A DNA stretch of 64,000 nucleotides from Terrimicrobiaceae bacterium. Its GTDB lineage: Bacteria; Verrucomicrobiota; Verrucomicrobiia; Chthoniobacterales; Terrimicrobiaceae. Below are positions 48,914 through 58,770 of this stretch, piece by piece; position 1 is the stretch's first letter; each line of letters starts with the position of its first letter. Both the position numbers and the translations under genes were made by a program. The stretch spans positions 20,809 to 84,808 of the forward strand of contig JBGSVZ010000070.1 of assembly GCA_041752695.1 (NCBI GenBank), in the 5' to 3' direction. Below the pieces are notes generated by a model. That model was not told the DNA's origin. It saw only the letters and a program-made list of their open reading frames with translations, and did no database searches.

Positions 48914-49725
48914 CGGCCAGCGAGCCAGAGACTTTCGCAAAAAAACATGGCGATCTGGCGTTTCTTTCCCCGGACCGTGACGAAAAGCTGGATGCCTATC
49001 TCCCCGATGAAGAACGCTGGCCGGGGCATCGTCCCGCCGTCGTGCTGATTCATGGTGGGGGATGGGTGAAGGGTGATAAGGCCGAGCCCCGTCAGACGCA
49101 AATTGCCGCCACCCTGACCCGTCGGGGATTTGCGGTTTTTTCCATCAATTACCGGCTGACCCAATTCTCCGGAGAGATTTTGAAAAGCCAGCCGGTACGG
49201 AGTTGCTGGCCGGAGTGTCTGGACGATTGCCGAGCCGCGGTTCGTTTTGTGCGCCAGGGGGCCGAGCGCTGGCGGGTGGACCCACGACGGATCGCTCTCT
49301 TCGGACTGTCCGCCGGAGCCCATCTGGCCATGCTCGCCGCTGTGACCGCTTATCGGGAGAACGATTTGAGCTCGGCGGTTTCCTCGGTGATCGAATTTTA
49401 CGGCCCTCACGATTTGCGGGAAATCGGTTCGCGCTGGCATTTTGGAGAACCCTTGCCTGACCCGGCGGCCATTCGGGCCGCCGCCTCGCCCGTGCAATAC
49501 TTCGCCCCCGGAATGCCTCCGCTATTCCTCGCCCATGGTTTGGAGGACAAAACTGTGCCCGTCTATTTTGCCCGGGCCATCGTCGAAGAATTTCGCCGCC
49601 ATGGGGTGCCCTGTGAGGCGCATCTCATTGCTCACGGGGTGCATGGGTTTTCGCTCTCGTCACCCCAGGCGGACCTGCGTGCCCCGGTCCTTTCCTTTCT
49701 CGAAAAAACGCTGGTCCTCGGGTAA
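48910..49725 (+). CDS. Alpha/beta hydrolase (HSL-type/BD-FAE-like esterase)
   Basis: IHGGGW, G-L-S-A-G nucleophile elbow, HG.ED.TV and HGF motifs. ATGA overlap with the upstream gene. Confidence 0.88.
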   Translation: MTASEPETFAKKHGDLAFLSPDRDEKLDAYLPDEERWPGHRPAVVLIHGGGWVKGDKAEPRQTQIAATLTRRGFAVFSINYRLTQFSGEILKSQPVRSCWPECLDDCRAAVRFVRQGAERWRVDPRRIALFGLSAGAHLAMLAAVTAYRENDLSSAVSSVIEFYGPHDLREIGSRWHFGEPLPDPAAIRAAASPVQYFAPGMPPLFLAHGLEDKTVPVYFARAIVEEFRRHGVPCEAHLIAHGVHGFSLSSPQADLRAPVLSFLEKTLVLG

Positions 49726-50658
49726 TCACCGGCGCCTCGAACGCCGGACGGGCGCCTCGTCCGGCACGGATTGAATCGATTTCCGGTCATCAGTTGGCGC
49801 GTGACCCCAGAAGCGCCGGTAGAGGCGGGAAAAATAAAAGGGATCGTCATACCCCACGGCCGAAGCCACCTCCTTGACCCGCAGAGAGGACTCGTGCTGA
49901 TGGTATCGCGCCGCCCGCATCCGCAACTGAATAAGGTAGGCGCTCGGAGTCAGTCCGGTGTGCTGGCGGAAAAGAAGACGGAAATACTTGGGATGCAATC
50001 CGGCGATCTGGGAGAGGTTGCGCAGAACCTTGGGATCCGTGAAGTGCGTGCGCAAATGCTGGAGAACCTTTTCAATGCCCTGTTCGCCACAACTCAGGGG
50101 CTTTTGTCGAACATTTGGCGGCATGGGCGCATGAGCAAAAAACCGGGAAAGGATGGCCTTCAACTCCCCCTCGGCTTCCAACATCGCCGAGGGATTCTTT
50201 CGCAAGAGGAGTGCGGCCAGACGCTCAAAACTTGCCGTCTCCAAATCCAAATCGTTCACCTTATGAATGATGGGCAACGTCAGATCGCGGAGTTCGCTCT
50301 GCGCGGAGGAAAACCGGCACCAAGCCAGCGAGGTCACGCCCGGCTTGGGAACAACACTCCAGGACCGGCGAACCCAGGCGGGCATAAAAATCATCTGCCC
50401 CTTGCCTAAGCGGCAGGAAAAATCATCGATTTGATATTCCGCGAGCCCCCGCCTGATTAACATGAGTCTGGGTTCGCTCGGAATACTCTCCTCCAGCTGG
50501 TAAGGTGCCTTCCGCTGCTTGAGTTCGGCCGCCGTGAGGATGAGCCTCGTGACTAATAACTGATCAAGAATCTTGACCGGATGTTGCGCCGCATGACCGA
50601 CATCCGGAGAAGGAGCTGCTGGTGAAACTGGGGGAACCGATTTGGCTTTTCGAAGCAC
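49726..50658 (-). CDS. AraC-family transcriptional regulator
   Basis: Cupin N-domain and C-terminal double HTH (YFRLLFRQHTGLTP...VKEVASAVGYDDPFYFSRLY). Confidence 0.92.
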   Translation of the reverse strand: MLRKAKSVPPVSPAAPSPDVGHAAQHPVKILDQLLVTRLILTAAELKQRKAPYQLEESIPSEPRLMLIRRGLAEYQIDDFSCRLGKGQMIFMPAWVRRSWSVVPKPGVTSLAWCRFSSAQSELRDLTLPIIHKVNDLDLETASFERLAALLLRKNPSAMLEAEGELKAILSRFFAHAPMPPNVRQKPLSCGEQGIEKVLQHLRTHFTDPKVLRNLSQIAGLHPKYFRLLFRQHTGLTPSAYLIQLRMRAARYHQHESSLRVKEVASAVGYDDPFYFSRLYRRFWGHAPTDDRKSIQSVPDEAPVRRSRRR

Positions 50659-50719
50659 GGGAAGAGTTTGCGCGAAAAAACCCTTGGGGGCAAGCGGACA
50701 AGCAGCGCATAATCCGACG

Positions 50720-51217
50720 ATGCTGAGGATTGGAGCGACTCATTTCTGCAAAACAATGGAATCCCCAGTGGGCACGCTTAGATTGGTTTCCACCCCGGAC
50801 CGCCTCGTCGCCATCCTCTGGGAGAACGGCAGCCCCCAGACTGCGCCGTTTGGCCCATTGGCGGACGGATCCAGCCATCCCGTTCTGCTGGAGGCGGAAA
50901 AGCAGCTCACCGAGTATTTTGCCGGTCGTCGCAAGACGTTCTCCCTCAAACTTGATGGCCCGGGCACCGGGTTTCAAAAGGAAGTCTGGCAGGCCTTGGC
51001 CACGATCCCCTTTGGAGAAACACGGAGCTATGCGGAGATCGCAGCCCAAATCGGCCGGCCCAAAGCCGTGCGCGCCGTCGGAGCAGCCAACGGCAAAAAC
51101 CCCCTCGCCATCGTCGTGCCCTGCCACCGTGTCATCGGTTCCAACGGCAAACTGACCGGCTTTGCCGGCGGTCTGGAGAGCAAAGCGTGGCTGCTGCGAT
51201 TCGAAACGCCCAGTTAA
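50720..51217 (+). CDS. ogt: Methylated-DNA--protein-cysteine S-methyltransferase
   Basis: FQKEVWQAL..IPFGET.SY, RAVG.ANG.NP and active-site PCHRV motifs. Confidence 0.93.
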   Translation: MLRIGATHFCKTMESPVGTLRLVSTPDRLVAILWENGSPQTAPFGPLADGSSHPVLLEAEKQLTEYFAGRRKTFSLKLDGPGTGFQKEVWQALATIPFGETRSYAEIAAQIGRPKAVRAVGAANGKNPLAIVVPCHRVIGSNGKLTGFAGGLESKAWLLRFETPS

Positions 51218-51324
51218 CCGGGCTCAAGCCCGAGGAAGAACCGCGGCACTCGCATGGCCGGGGCAGACTTCCGGGGCGGAAACTTTTCGCTGTGGCTCCC
51301 CCAATTCCTCCCTATTCTCTCACC

Positions 51325-51648
51325 ATGAGCAATCCCGTATGTCCCGAGTGTGAGATGAACGACGTGGCCGAACACGCCGAACATTGGGAATGTATGACCT
51401 GCGGTCACGAATGGCCCCGCGCCGCCGCTCCCGAAGCGGCCCGGATCGTGAAGGATGCTCATGGCAACGCGCTGGCCGACGGCGATTGCGTGGTCCTCAT
51501 TAAAGACCTTCCCCTGAAGGGCGCTCAGATCCTCAAAGGCGGGGCAAAATCCAAACCCATCCGCTTGGTGGATGGCGACCATGAAATTTCCTGCAAGATC
51601 GATGGCATCGCCGTGGGCCTCAAAGCCTGCTTCGTCCGGAAAGCCTGA
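51325..51648 (+). CDS. Zinc-ribbon protein, PhnA/YjdM family
   Basis: CPEC...CMTCGHEW, KDAHGN.L.DGD.V.LIKDL and IRLVDGDHEI.CKIDG motifs. Confidence 0.9.
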   Translation: MSNPVCPECEMNDVAEHAEHWECMTCGHEWPRAAAPEAARIVKDAHGNALADGDCVVLIKDLPLKGAQILKGGAKSKPIRLVDGDHEISCKIDGIAVGLKACFVRKA

Positions 51649-51651
51649 TGC

Positions 51652-52413
51652 CTACTTCGGTTTCGCAGGGCGCAGCCCGGTGAAATCCGCGGGCTTCAAG
51701 TCCAGGGCTTCCATGATCTTCAGAGCCGCGTAGGCGTCATTGGCCGCGTACCGGAGTTGACCCGGCGTGAGCTGTTCGGCTGCCCAATTGCTCGTGGTGA
51801 TGGACTTGGATTTGGGAAAACTCAATTTGAGAACTGTCCCGATTGCCCCACGCACGCCGATTTGACCTCGATAGCCCTTTTTGCGAAAGACGTGGTCCAG
51901 ATCGAGGACGTTGGTCAGATGGACTCCAAAGCGGCTGCGAATCTGTCCGTGATCGTTCCTCAATCCAAACCCCACTTTCAAGACATGGTCGCAGGCAATC
52001 AGGTCCGCAGAGGTTTTCTGGCACTCCCGACGATGAAGCTGAAAAATGAAAGCCTTGTCGGTGAGGGCGAACTGGACGACGTGCGGCCCGCCGCTTTTCT
52101 CACCGGCGCGAAAAGTTGGCTTCGCTTCGGTGTCAAAGCCCGCGACCCCGGCGGCCCTGATCTCCCCGGCGGCCGCTTCGCACTCGGCCTTCGTTTTCGG
52201 TACAAAGATGCGTTCCGGCCCCAAGCCGGCAAAGGGAGGAAGAAGCGACGTTTCCGCCTTGGTCGGCGCGAGCGGCCGGTGCGCGTCGCCGGTCGCCTTG
52301 GGCTCCGTGAGTTTTTTGGGCTTTTTCCCCAATAGCGCTGCGACGGACCGCGAAAACCATGACGAGCCAGGCGCAGTTTTTTTCAGGGGGACTTTCGGGG
52401 CGGTCTTGGGCAT
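51652..52413 (-). CDS. 3'-5' exonuclease (DEDDy, RNase D/WRN-like)
   Basis: GFDTE, LKVGFGL.ND and SNW...LT..Q.RYAANDA motifs. Start uncertain. Confidence 0.88.
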   Translation of the reverse strand: MPKTAPKVPLKKTAPGSSWFSRSVAALLGKKPKKLTEPKATGDAHRPLAPTKAETSLLPPFAGLGPERIFVPKTKAECEAAAGEIRAAGVAGFDTEAKPTFRAGEKSGGPHVVQFALTDKAFIFQLHRRECQKTSADLIACDHVLKVGFGLRNDHGQIRSRFGVHLTNVLDLDHVFRKKGYRGQIGVRGAIGTVLKLSFPKSKSITTSNWAAEQLTPGQLRYAANDAYAALKIMEALDLKPADFTGLRPAKPK

Positions 52414-52507
52414 TTTCAGAAAAACAGCGGACATCCTGACGGGATCGTCTCCCACAAGCAACTCTGGTCCGCGAGAGAAGGTGGAGGCGAAGCTGATTGG
52501 ATCCGGT

Positions 52508-55500
52508 TTACCTTCCGCCCACCGCACCCACCGGGGTGGTCGGGAACTTTTGATTGAGGAGGCGGTGCGACAGGCTATTAGCTCTCCGCGAGGCGCGGAA
52601 CAGGTCGTAAACGGCCACCTTCGCCTTCCCGGCTGCGTTCCCGACGACGATCAGATCCGCCGAAGTCGGATTCGCGCTCGTCGCGACGTCAACGCCCTTG
52701 GCTCCTTGAATTGTGGCAAATTCCGCCGCCTTGTAAAATTCCGTCGAGTGCGAATGGCCCTCGATATCCTCGCCGGTCACATACATCTGAGGATGCCCAT
52801 TGAGCATCGATCCCGAGGTGAAAACAGCCACTTTGTTCCCCCCCGATTCCTGGCCGACAATGATGCGGGAAAACCCGCCTTCCAGTCCGGCCACCCACCC
52901 CGTCGCCACCCGTAACCCGCCGCGGAAGGTTCGGGGAAATGGACGGAACGAAGCGACCATCTCCGGGAGGTTTGCCCCGGTGGATGTTACGTGGACCTCA
53001 CTTCCGGCAACAACCGAGCTGCCGCTGTGATCATCCTCGTGGCCCTCCAGAGGCGTGAAGAGAGAGAAGCCAAACACATGCACCATGGGCGCAATACCCG
53101 GGCCGGGAACCGTCACGATCGAGTTGCGGCCCGTGTCGGCAACAATCCCCGCGTCCACATCCACCCCACCTTCGAACGTGCCATAAGGATTCCATTCCGC
53201 AAAAAACGGAGCCGATGGGGCCTCAGCGACACCCGAAGGCAGAACAACCACCGTCGCTTTCATGCCCGGACCGGACGCGACGATCACATTGTCGCCATCT
53301 TGCTCGCCGTCTATGTTTGCCGCCGCGACGCGCACTCCGCCTCGGAAGGTCGGGGCAAACACCGTGCGTTCGAAGAGAACGTTGGCAAAGTTGCTGGCAC
53401 CGTCGAAGGCCTTGACGAGCGGCTGCATCCCGGCCCCGCCGCCGACGATCAAATCGAGAATCATATCCCCGTTCACATCCCCCATCGCCACATCGACCGG
53501 CCCCGCCGAGTTTACGCCAAACGGCGTGACCCGCGCGAGCTCCTGGCTGGTCGCTTCATTGATGACCACCACCTGGGTGGGTCGGATGACCGAGCCGCCC
53601 TGATTCGCCGCGCCCAATTCGACAAAGGCATAGGCCGTCACTTCGGGAATCACATTGATCAGCGCCATCAGACCATTGTCCTCATGGTTCAGACGGTGAC
53701 AGTGATACACATAAGCGCCGATATAGTCCTGGAACTCGGTCCTGAGCGAAAGCAGCCCGGGAGCAAGAACGTCACCGGCCGTGTTGTAGAGGGGAGCGGG
53801 GCAATTTTGATTATCCTCCCCGAACTGGAAGTTCTCGTAAGTGACATTGGCCACCGGATCCACATATTTGTGGAGTTGATAATCATTGACGTGAATGTGG
53901 ATCGGATGCTGGTCGTTGTTTTGGTTCCGATACGTCCACTGTTCGCTCGTGTTCAACCGCGGTTGGAGGACCGGAATGAACGGGAACTGGTTGTTGTCCA
54001 GCTGGTAGGCAAAGGCATTAGGATCCTGCGGATTGGCATATTTATTGGTGAATCCGCCGGTGATACTAAATTCCCGCAAAACATCAGGCGTCACGCCCGC
54101 GAGGTCCACGAACGACGTATAAGCACCGAGAGGCTGCCCGATCGTGAACGCCACCGTGGTGCCGGTTCCCGGGGAAGGTGCGGCGGTGAGAAGCGTTTGG
54201 GTGGGATAGTAAAAAAAGCCATCCATGTAACTTACGTGATCGGGGCTCACAGAGATATTTCCGACGACCGCGGAGTATTTGCCTCCCGCATTTGTGTAAA
54301 GAATACCCACATTTTCAATCGGGGTCTGTAACGTCCCGCCAGTGGCGGTGTAGGAAGGCATTTCCAGACGCAAGCCTCCCACCTGCGGCATGGTCACGGC
54401 AAAAGCCACACGGGTGGCCGGCTCGAGAAGAAACACCGTGCCATCGCCCTCCCAGGTCGGCTGGATGTTCGGGACAGGATTTCCATCCTTGCCGACCATC
54501 ACGAGGGGAATCGGATTCCCGGTGGCGGTATTCACAATCCTCACCCGCACATAACCGGCGTCGGTAAAGTTTCCCAAGACCCAGATTTCCGTCTGTCCGG
54601 GAGGCGTCGAGATGACCGGCTGGAACTGACCATTCACCGTATACTGCAAGTCGCGCTGATCATCCGGCAGGGCGGGGTTGACCGGTACCACCGTGCCGTC
54701 GTTACCGGTGAAAGTCTGCAGGTTGCTAGGCAGGTACTGGAAAATGCCGCGATTGTTGTCGACCGACAATTTTCCGACCCACCACGCGGTGAAAAATTGC
54801 GTCCCCACCGGGGAGTCCAAAAAGTTGATCGGGGCCAGAGAAGGTTCGTAAGTCCCGTCGGCCAGCTTGGCGGCCAGCCACGGAGGAGGGTTGGCAACCT
54901 GGTTGGCCGGGATTTGCGGGTTGAGGGTGCTGAGATCGGCCGGCCAGAACGGGTTGTTCAATACCGTCTGCCCACCTTTGCGATTGAACACATAGTTGTA
55001 TTGGATGGCCATCGAACGCACCGGAAGATTGTTCGTGGTGACGGCGGGAATCCCACCATCAACGCGCCCAATCGCCAGCATGCCGACCAAGCCGCGGTAG
55101 GTTTGCGCGGCGGTGAGCATATGGCGATGGGTGTGGTACCAATAGAGCCCTTGCGGGTGATTGTCCGGGATGGAGTAGGTGTAGGTGTTCTGCATGCCCG
55201 ACGGGATGCTCAGGAGCACATTGTCGCTATTGCCGGCCGGACTCACATGCAGGCCATGCGTATGCAGATTGAAGGGCGAATTGACCAACGGTTCGGGATA
55301 AAGCGGCACTTTTTTGCCGGCCGCCGTAAAGGACGGATTTGAATAGTCCCGGATGGTGAGATCGCTCAGGCCGTTCTTCAAATGCACCACCAGGGTCTGG
55401 CCGGGATACACATTAAGCGTGGGACCAGGATAAAGATTGGTGCCCTGCGATTTTCCGTCCGAGGCATTACCCTGGACGAGCCGGTAGCAGAAAAGAAGCG

Positions 55501-55852
55501 CATTGGAGGCCGGGGCGGCTGCCGTGTCGAAGTGTGCGGAGCCTTGTTTCAACGTGAGTTCCACCTCGAGTTTGCCGTCCACTGCCGAAAGCACAACCGG
55601 CTCGCGATAGGGCTGGCCGCCCCCCACCCCTGTGGGTGTTTCATTTTCTGGACCACAGCAACAACAGGACTGGCCGGGGACGCCGCATCCCGAACAACAG
55701 GAACCTTCCCCTTCGCCGCAATTGCAGGCCATGACCGCGCTCGCAGCAACGGACAGGAAAAAAACTGCGAGGGCCAAGACGCGAAAGAGAGAGTGGTCGA
55801 AGCGGATGCCCTTGGATCGGCATTCTTTCGCGGAGGGAAAGAGGGGGTTCAT
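52508..55852 (-). CDS. Secreted multicopper oxidase with Cys-rich N-terminus and C-terminal FG-GAP-like repeats
   Basis: All four Cu motifs present: NLHTHG, YWYHTH, HPIHIH and YHCHRLNHED. C-terminal repeats include VAMGDVNGD..LDLIVG and F.GGVRVA. Confidence 0.9.
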   Translation of the reverse strand: MNPLFPSAKECRSKGIRFDHSLFRVLALAVFFLSVAASAVMACNCGEGEGSCCSGCGVPGQSCCCCGPENETPTGVGGGQPYREPVVLSAVDGKLEVELTLKQGSAHFDTAAAPASNALLFCYRLVQGNASDGKSQGTNLYPGPTLNVYPGQTLVVHLKNGLSDLTIRDYSNPSFTAAGKKVPLYPEPLVNSPFNLHTHGLHVSPAGNSDNVLLSIPSGMQNTYTYSIPDNHPQGLYWYHTHRHMLTAAQTYRGLVGMLAIGRVDGGIPAVTTNNLPVRSMAIQYNYVFNRKGGQTVLNNPFWPADLSTLNPQIPANQVANPPPWLAAKLADGTYEPSLAPINFLDSPVGTQFFTAWWVGKLSVDNNRGIFQYLPSNLQTFTGNDGTVVPVNPALPDDQRDLQYTVNGQFQPVISTPPGQTEIWVLGNFTDAGYVRVRIVNTATGNPIPLVMVGKDGNPVPNIQPTWEGDGTVFLLEPATRVAFAVTMPQVGGLRLEMPSYTATGGTLQTPIENVGILYTNAGGKYSAVVGNISVSPDHVSYMDGFFYYPTQTLLTAAPSPGTGTTVAFTIGQPLGAYTSFVDLAGVTPDVLREFSITGGFTNKYANPQDPNAFAYQLDNNQFPFIPVLQPRLNTSEQWTYRNQNNDQHPIHIHVNDYQLHKYVDPVANVTYENFQFGEDNQNCPAPLYNTAGDVLAPGLLSLRTEFQDYIGAYVYHCHRLNHEDNGLMALINVIPEVTAYAFVELGAANQGGSVIRPTQVVVINEATSQELARVTPFGVNSAGPVDVAMGDVNGDMILDLIVGGGAGMQPLVKAFDGASNFANVLFERTVFAPTFRGGVRVAAANIDGEQDGDNVIVASGPGMKATVVVLPSGVAEAPSAPFFAEWNPYGTFEGGVDVDAGIVADTGRNSIVTVPGPGIAPMVHVFGFSLFTPLEGHEDDHSGSSVVAGSEVHVTSTGANLPEMVASFRPFPRTFRGGLRVATGWVAGLEGGFSRIIVGQESGGNKVAVFTSGSMLNGHPQMYVTGEDIEGHSHSTEFYKAAEFATIQGAKGVDVATSANPTSADLIVVGNAAGKAKVAVYDLFRASRRANSLSHRLLNQKFPTTPVGAVGGR

Positions 55853-56095
55853 AAGACGTTTGAGTGGCTCTGCCACCAATTTCCCCTACAGACAACCGGG
55901 TTCATTGTAAAGAGCAGCTCGAAACGATAACGGGTGGATTCTTCCTGCCCGGGACGCGATTGGGACAACAATCATTTCCTCCGTTTTCTGCGTCCGGTAC
56001 CGTTTTTTCCCCACCCACACAGCCTCCCCCGGCGATCAAATCTTCAGCCATTGACTCCCGGATTTTTCCCCGCAAGATTCCCCTCCTCTTTCCCG

Positions 56096-58393
56096 ATGAT
56101 CGAAAAATACATCCCAAAAATCACCCTGGAACTCAAACTCCAGCCGCGCCAAGTCGCCGCCACCGCGTTGCTCCTCGAAGAGGGCGCCACCGTGCCGTTT
56201 ATCGCCCGCTACCGCAAGGAGCGCACCGGCGAACTCGACGAGGTCCAGATCACCGCCATCCGCGACCGCATCGAGCAGCTCACCGAACTCGACAAACGCC
56301 GCGAGTCCATCGTCAGCTCCCTCACGGAACGCAAACTTCTCACCACCGAACTCCAGGCCAAAATCGACGGAGCCGAGACCCTCGCCACCCTCGAGGACAT
56401 CTACCTCCCCTTCCGTCCAAAAAAGCGCACCAAGGCCACCATCGCGAAGGAAAAAGGGCTCGAGCCCCTCGCCGAACTCCTCTGGGCCCAGGATCCCGCC
56501 ACCAATCCCGAGACCGAATCCCAGGCCTACGCCGGACGGGAATACGAGGTGGACGGCGTCAAGGCCACCATCGCCGACGCCGCGGAAGCCCTCGGCGGCG
56601 CGCGCGACATCCTGGCGGAACGCATCAGCGACGACGCCACCGCCCGCGCGAAGCTCCGTGAACTTTACCTCACCAAGGGTGTGATCAAATCCAAAGTCGC
56701 CCTCGGCAAGGAGGAGGAAGGCGCGAAATTCAAAGACTACTTCGACTGGACCGAACCCGCCAACCAGGCCCCCTCGCACCGCATCCTCGCCATCCGGCGC
56801 GGCGAGACGGAAGGTTTTCTCTACTCGCGCCTCACTCCCGAGGAAAACGAGGCGCTGATGATTTTGGAAAACCTGTTCCTTAAGAACAAATCCGAGACCG
56901 CCGCCCAGGTGAAACTGGCCATTCAGGATTGCCTCAAGCGCCTGCTCGGTTTCGCCATGGAGGCGGAGGCGCGCATGTTTTACAAAAAGAAAGCCGACGA
57001 GGATGCCATCCGCGTTTTCGCCGACAACCTGCGCGAACTCCTCCTCGCCTCCCCCCTCGGCCAGAAGGCCATGCTCGCGATTGACCCCGGTTTCCGCACC
57101 GGCTGCAAGGTGGTCGCGCTCGACCGTCAGGGCAAACTCCTCGAGAACGAAGTCGTTTATCCTGAGAAAAGCACCCGCGAACAGATCGAAGCCGCCGAGG
57201 TCCTGCACGCCCTCGTGAAGAAACACAACATCGAGGCCATCGCCATCGGCAACGGCACCGCCTCCCGCGAGACCGAGGCTTTTGTCCGCAAAATCAAACT
57301 CCCGGCGTCCATCCAGATCATGATGGTCAACGAGTCCGGCGCGTCCATCTATTCGGCCTCCGAGGCGGCCCGCGAGGAATTCCCGAACCACGACCTCACC
57401 GTGCGCGGCGCCGTTTCCATCGGCCGCCGCCTCATGGACCCGCTGGCCGAACTCGTGAAGCTCGACCCGAAATCCATCGGCGTCGGCCAATACCAGCACG
57501 ACGTCGATCAGAACGCCCTCAAGCGTTCCCTCGACGACATCGTCATTTCCTGCGTGAACAACGTGGGCGTGGAGATCAACACCGCCAGCAAACATCTGCT
57601 TAGCTACGTCTCCGGCCTCAACTCCCGCACCGCACTCAACATCGTCGAGCACCGTAATACCAACGGCCCGTTCAAGTCCCGCGAAGAACTGCGCAAAGTC
57701 GCCGGCCTCGGTCCTAAAGCCTTCGAACAAGCCGCCGGCTTCCTCCGCATCCGCGACGGGGCCCACCCGCTCGACGCCAGCGCCGTCCATCCCGAACGCT
57801 ACGAACTGGTGGACAAAATCGCCCGCGACACCGGCGCCACCGTGCAGGAATTGCTCAAGGACGGTGCCCGCCGCGCCAAAATCGACCTGAAAAAATACGT
57901 CACCGACGACGTGGGCCTGCCCACCCTCACCGACATCATCCAGGAGCTCGCCAAACCCGGCCGCGACCCGCGCCAGCAGTTTGAAGTCTTCAGCTTCCAG
58001 GAAGGCGTCGAAAAAATGGAGGACCTCAAACCCGGCCTCAAGCTCCCCGGCATCGTGACCAACGTCACCGCCTTCGGAGCCTTCGTCGATATCGGCGTCC
58101 ACCAGGACGGCCTCGTCCACATCAGCCAGCTAAGCGACCAGTTCGTTAAAAATCCCGCCGATGTCGTGAAGGTGGGCCAGAAGGTGCAGGTGACCGTGAT
58201 GGAAGTGGATATGGCCCGCAAACGCGTGGGCCTTTCCATGAAAAGCAAACCTGAGGTGGGAGTGGTGCGCAAACCCGGTGAAAAACGCGAAGGCGGCCCG
58301 CGGGACGTCCAGAAGCACACCGCCGGTGGAAACAAAGGCGGCGGCTTCGGCAACGTCGATTGGTTCACCGCCGCGATGAGCAAGAAACATTAG
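56096..58393 (+). CDS. tex: Tex-family RNA-binding transcriptional accessory protein
   Basis: GATVPFIARYRKE.TG.LDE, IDPGFRTGCK, GNGTASRET, SIGVGQYQHDV and C-terminal S1 (FGAFVDIGVHQDGLVHIS) motifs. ATG at 56096. Confidence 0.95.
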   Translation: MIEKYIPKITLELKLQPRQVAATALLLEEGATVPFIARYRKERTGELDEVQITAIRDRIEQLTELDKRRESIVSSLTERKLLTTELQAKIDGAETLATLEDIYLPFRPKKRTKATIAKEKGLEPLAELLWAQDPATNPETESQAYAGREYEVDGVKATIADAAEALGGARDILAERISDDATARAKLRELYLTKGVIKSKVALGKEEEGAKFKDYFDWTEPANQAPSHRILAIRRGETEGFLYSRLTPEENEALMILENLFLKNKSETAAQVKLAIQDCLKRLLGFAMEAEARMFYKKKADEDAIRVFADNLRELLLASPLGQKAMLAIDPGFRTGCKVVALDRQGKLLENEVVYPEKSTREQIEAAEVLHALVKKHNIEAIAIGNGTASRETEAFVRKIKLPASIQIMMVNESGASIYSASEAAREEFPNHDLTVRGAVSIGRRLMDPLAELVKLDPKSIGVGQYQHDVDQNALKRSLDDIVISCVNNVGVEINTASKHLLSYVSGLNSRTALNIVEHRNTNGPFKSREELRKVAGLGPKAFEQAAGFLRIRDGAHPLDASAVHPERYELVDKIARDTGATVQELLKDGARRAKIDLKKYVTDDVGLPTLTDIIQELAKPGRDPRQQFEVFSFQEGVEKMEDLKPGLKLPGIVTNVTAFGAFVDIGVHQDGLVHISQLSDQFVKNPADVVKVGQKVQVTVMEVDMARKRVGLSMKSKPEVGVVRKPGEKREGGPRDVQKHTAGGNKGGGFGNVDWFTAAMSKKH

Positions 58394-58415
58394 GCATGAT
58401 GGAGCATGGGCTCTG

Positions 58416-58440
58416 CGCGTGACCCGAAGGGTTTCACGCG
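58416..58440 (+). terminator. Stem-loop after tex
   Basis: CGCGTGA-CCC-GAA-GGG-TT-TCACGCG inverted repeat just downstream of the stop codon. Confidence 0.4.
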
Positions 58441-58704
58441 GCCTCCAGAAAGAAAGCGGTTGGCGCGTCCGCCGCATCGGAAAGAGGATCTCGTTTAGGG
58501 GGGGAATAGCCGCCCCGGGGCCAAATCCTCCCATGCCCGCAGAATGCCGCCCCGGCAGTGCGGCCTACAGTTCAAATTCTGCCAAGCCTACCCACGGGCT
58601 GGCTTTTTCTACGCTCCTCCCACCACGTCCCCCGTCCGCGGTCAAAAATCTTTTCCCTTACCGTTTTGCGCGTTGCCCACGATTCTCCCCACTTTTGCGG
58701 GAGC

Positions 58705-58721
58705 TTGGCCCCAAAAATGCT
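58705..58721 (+). promoter_or_regulatory. Putative sigma54 (-24/-12) promoter
   Basis: TTGGCCCCAAAAATGCT has GG (58707-58708), N10, GC (58719-58720), 50 bp upstream of the start at 58771. Confidence 0.55.
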
Positions 58722-58770
58722 GTTTTTTCTGCGTAAAAGACCCAACATCAAGAAGTAACCCCTAAGAAGT

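Noticed and set aside
50720..52413. ogt + phnA-like + exonuclease considered as a defence or repair island
   Set aside because: Common stand-alone housekeeping genes in mixed orientation with no shared regulatory signal seen.
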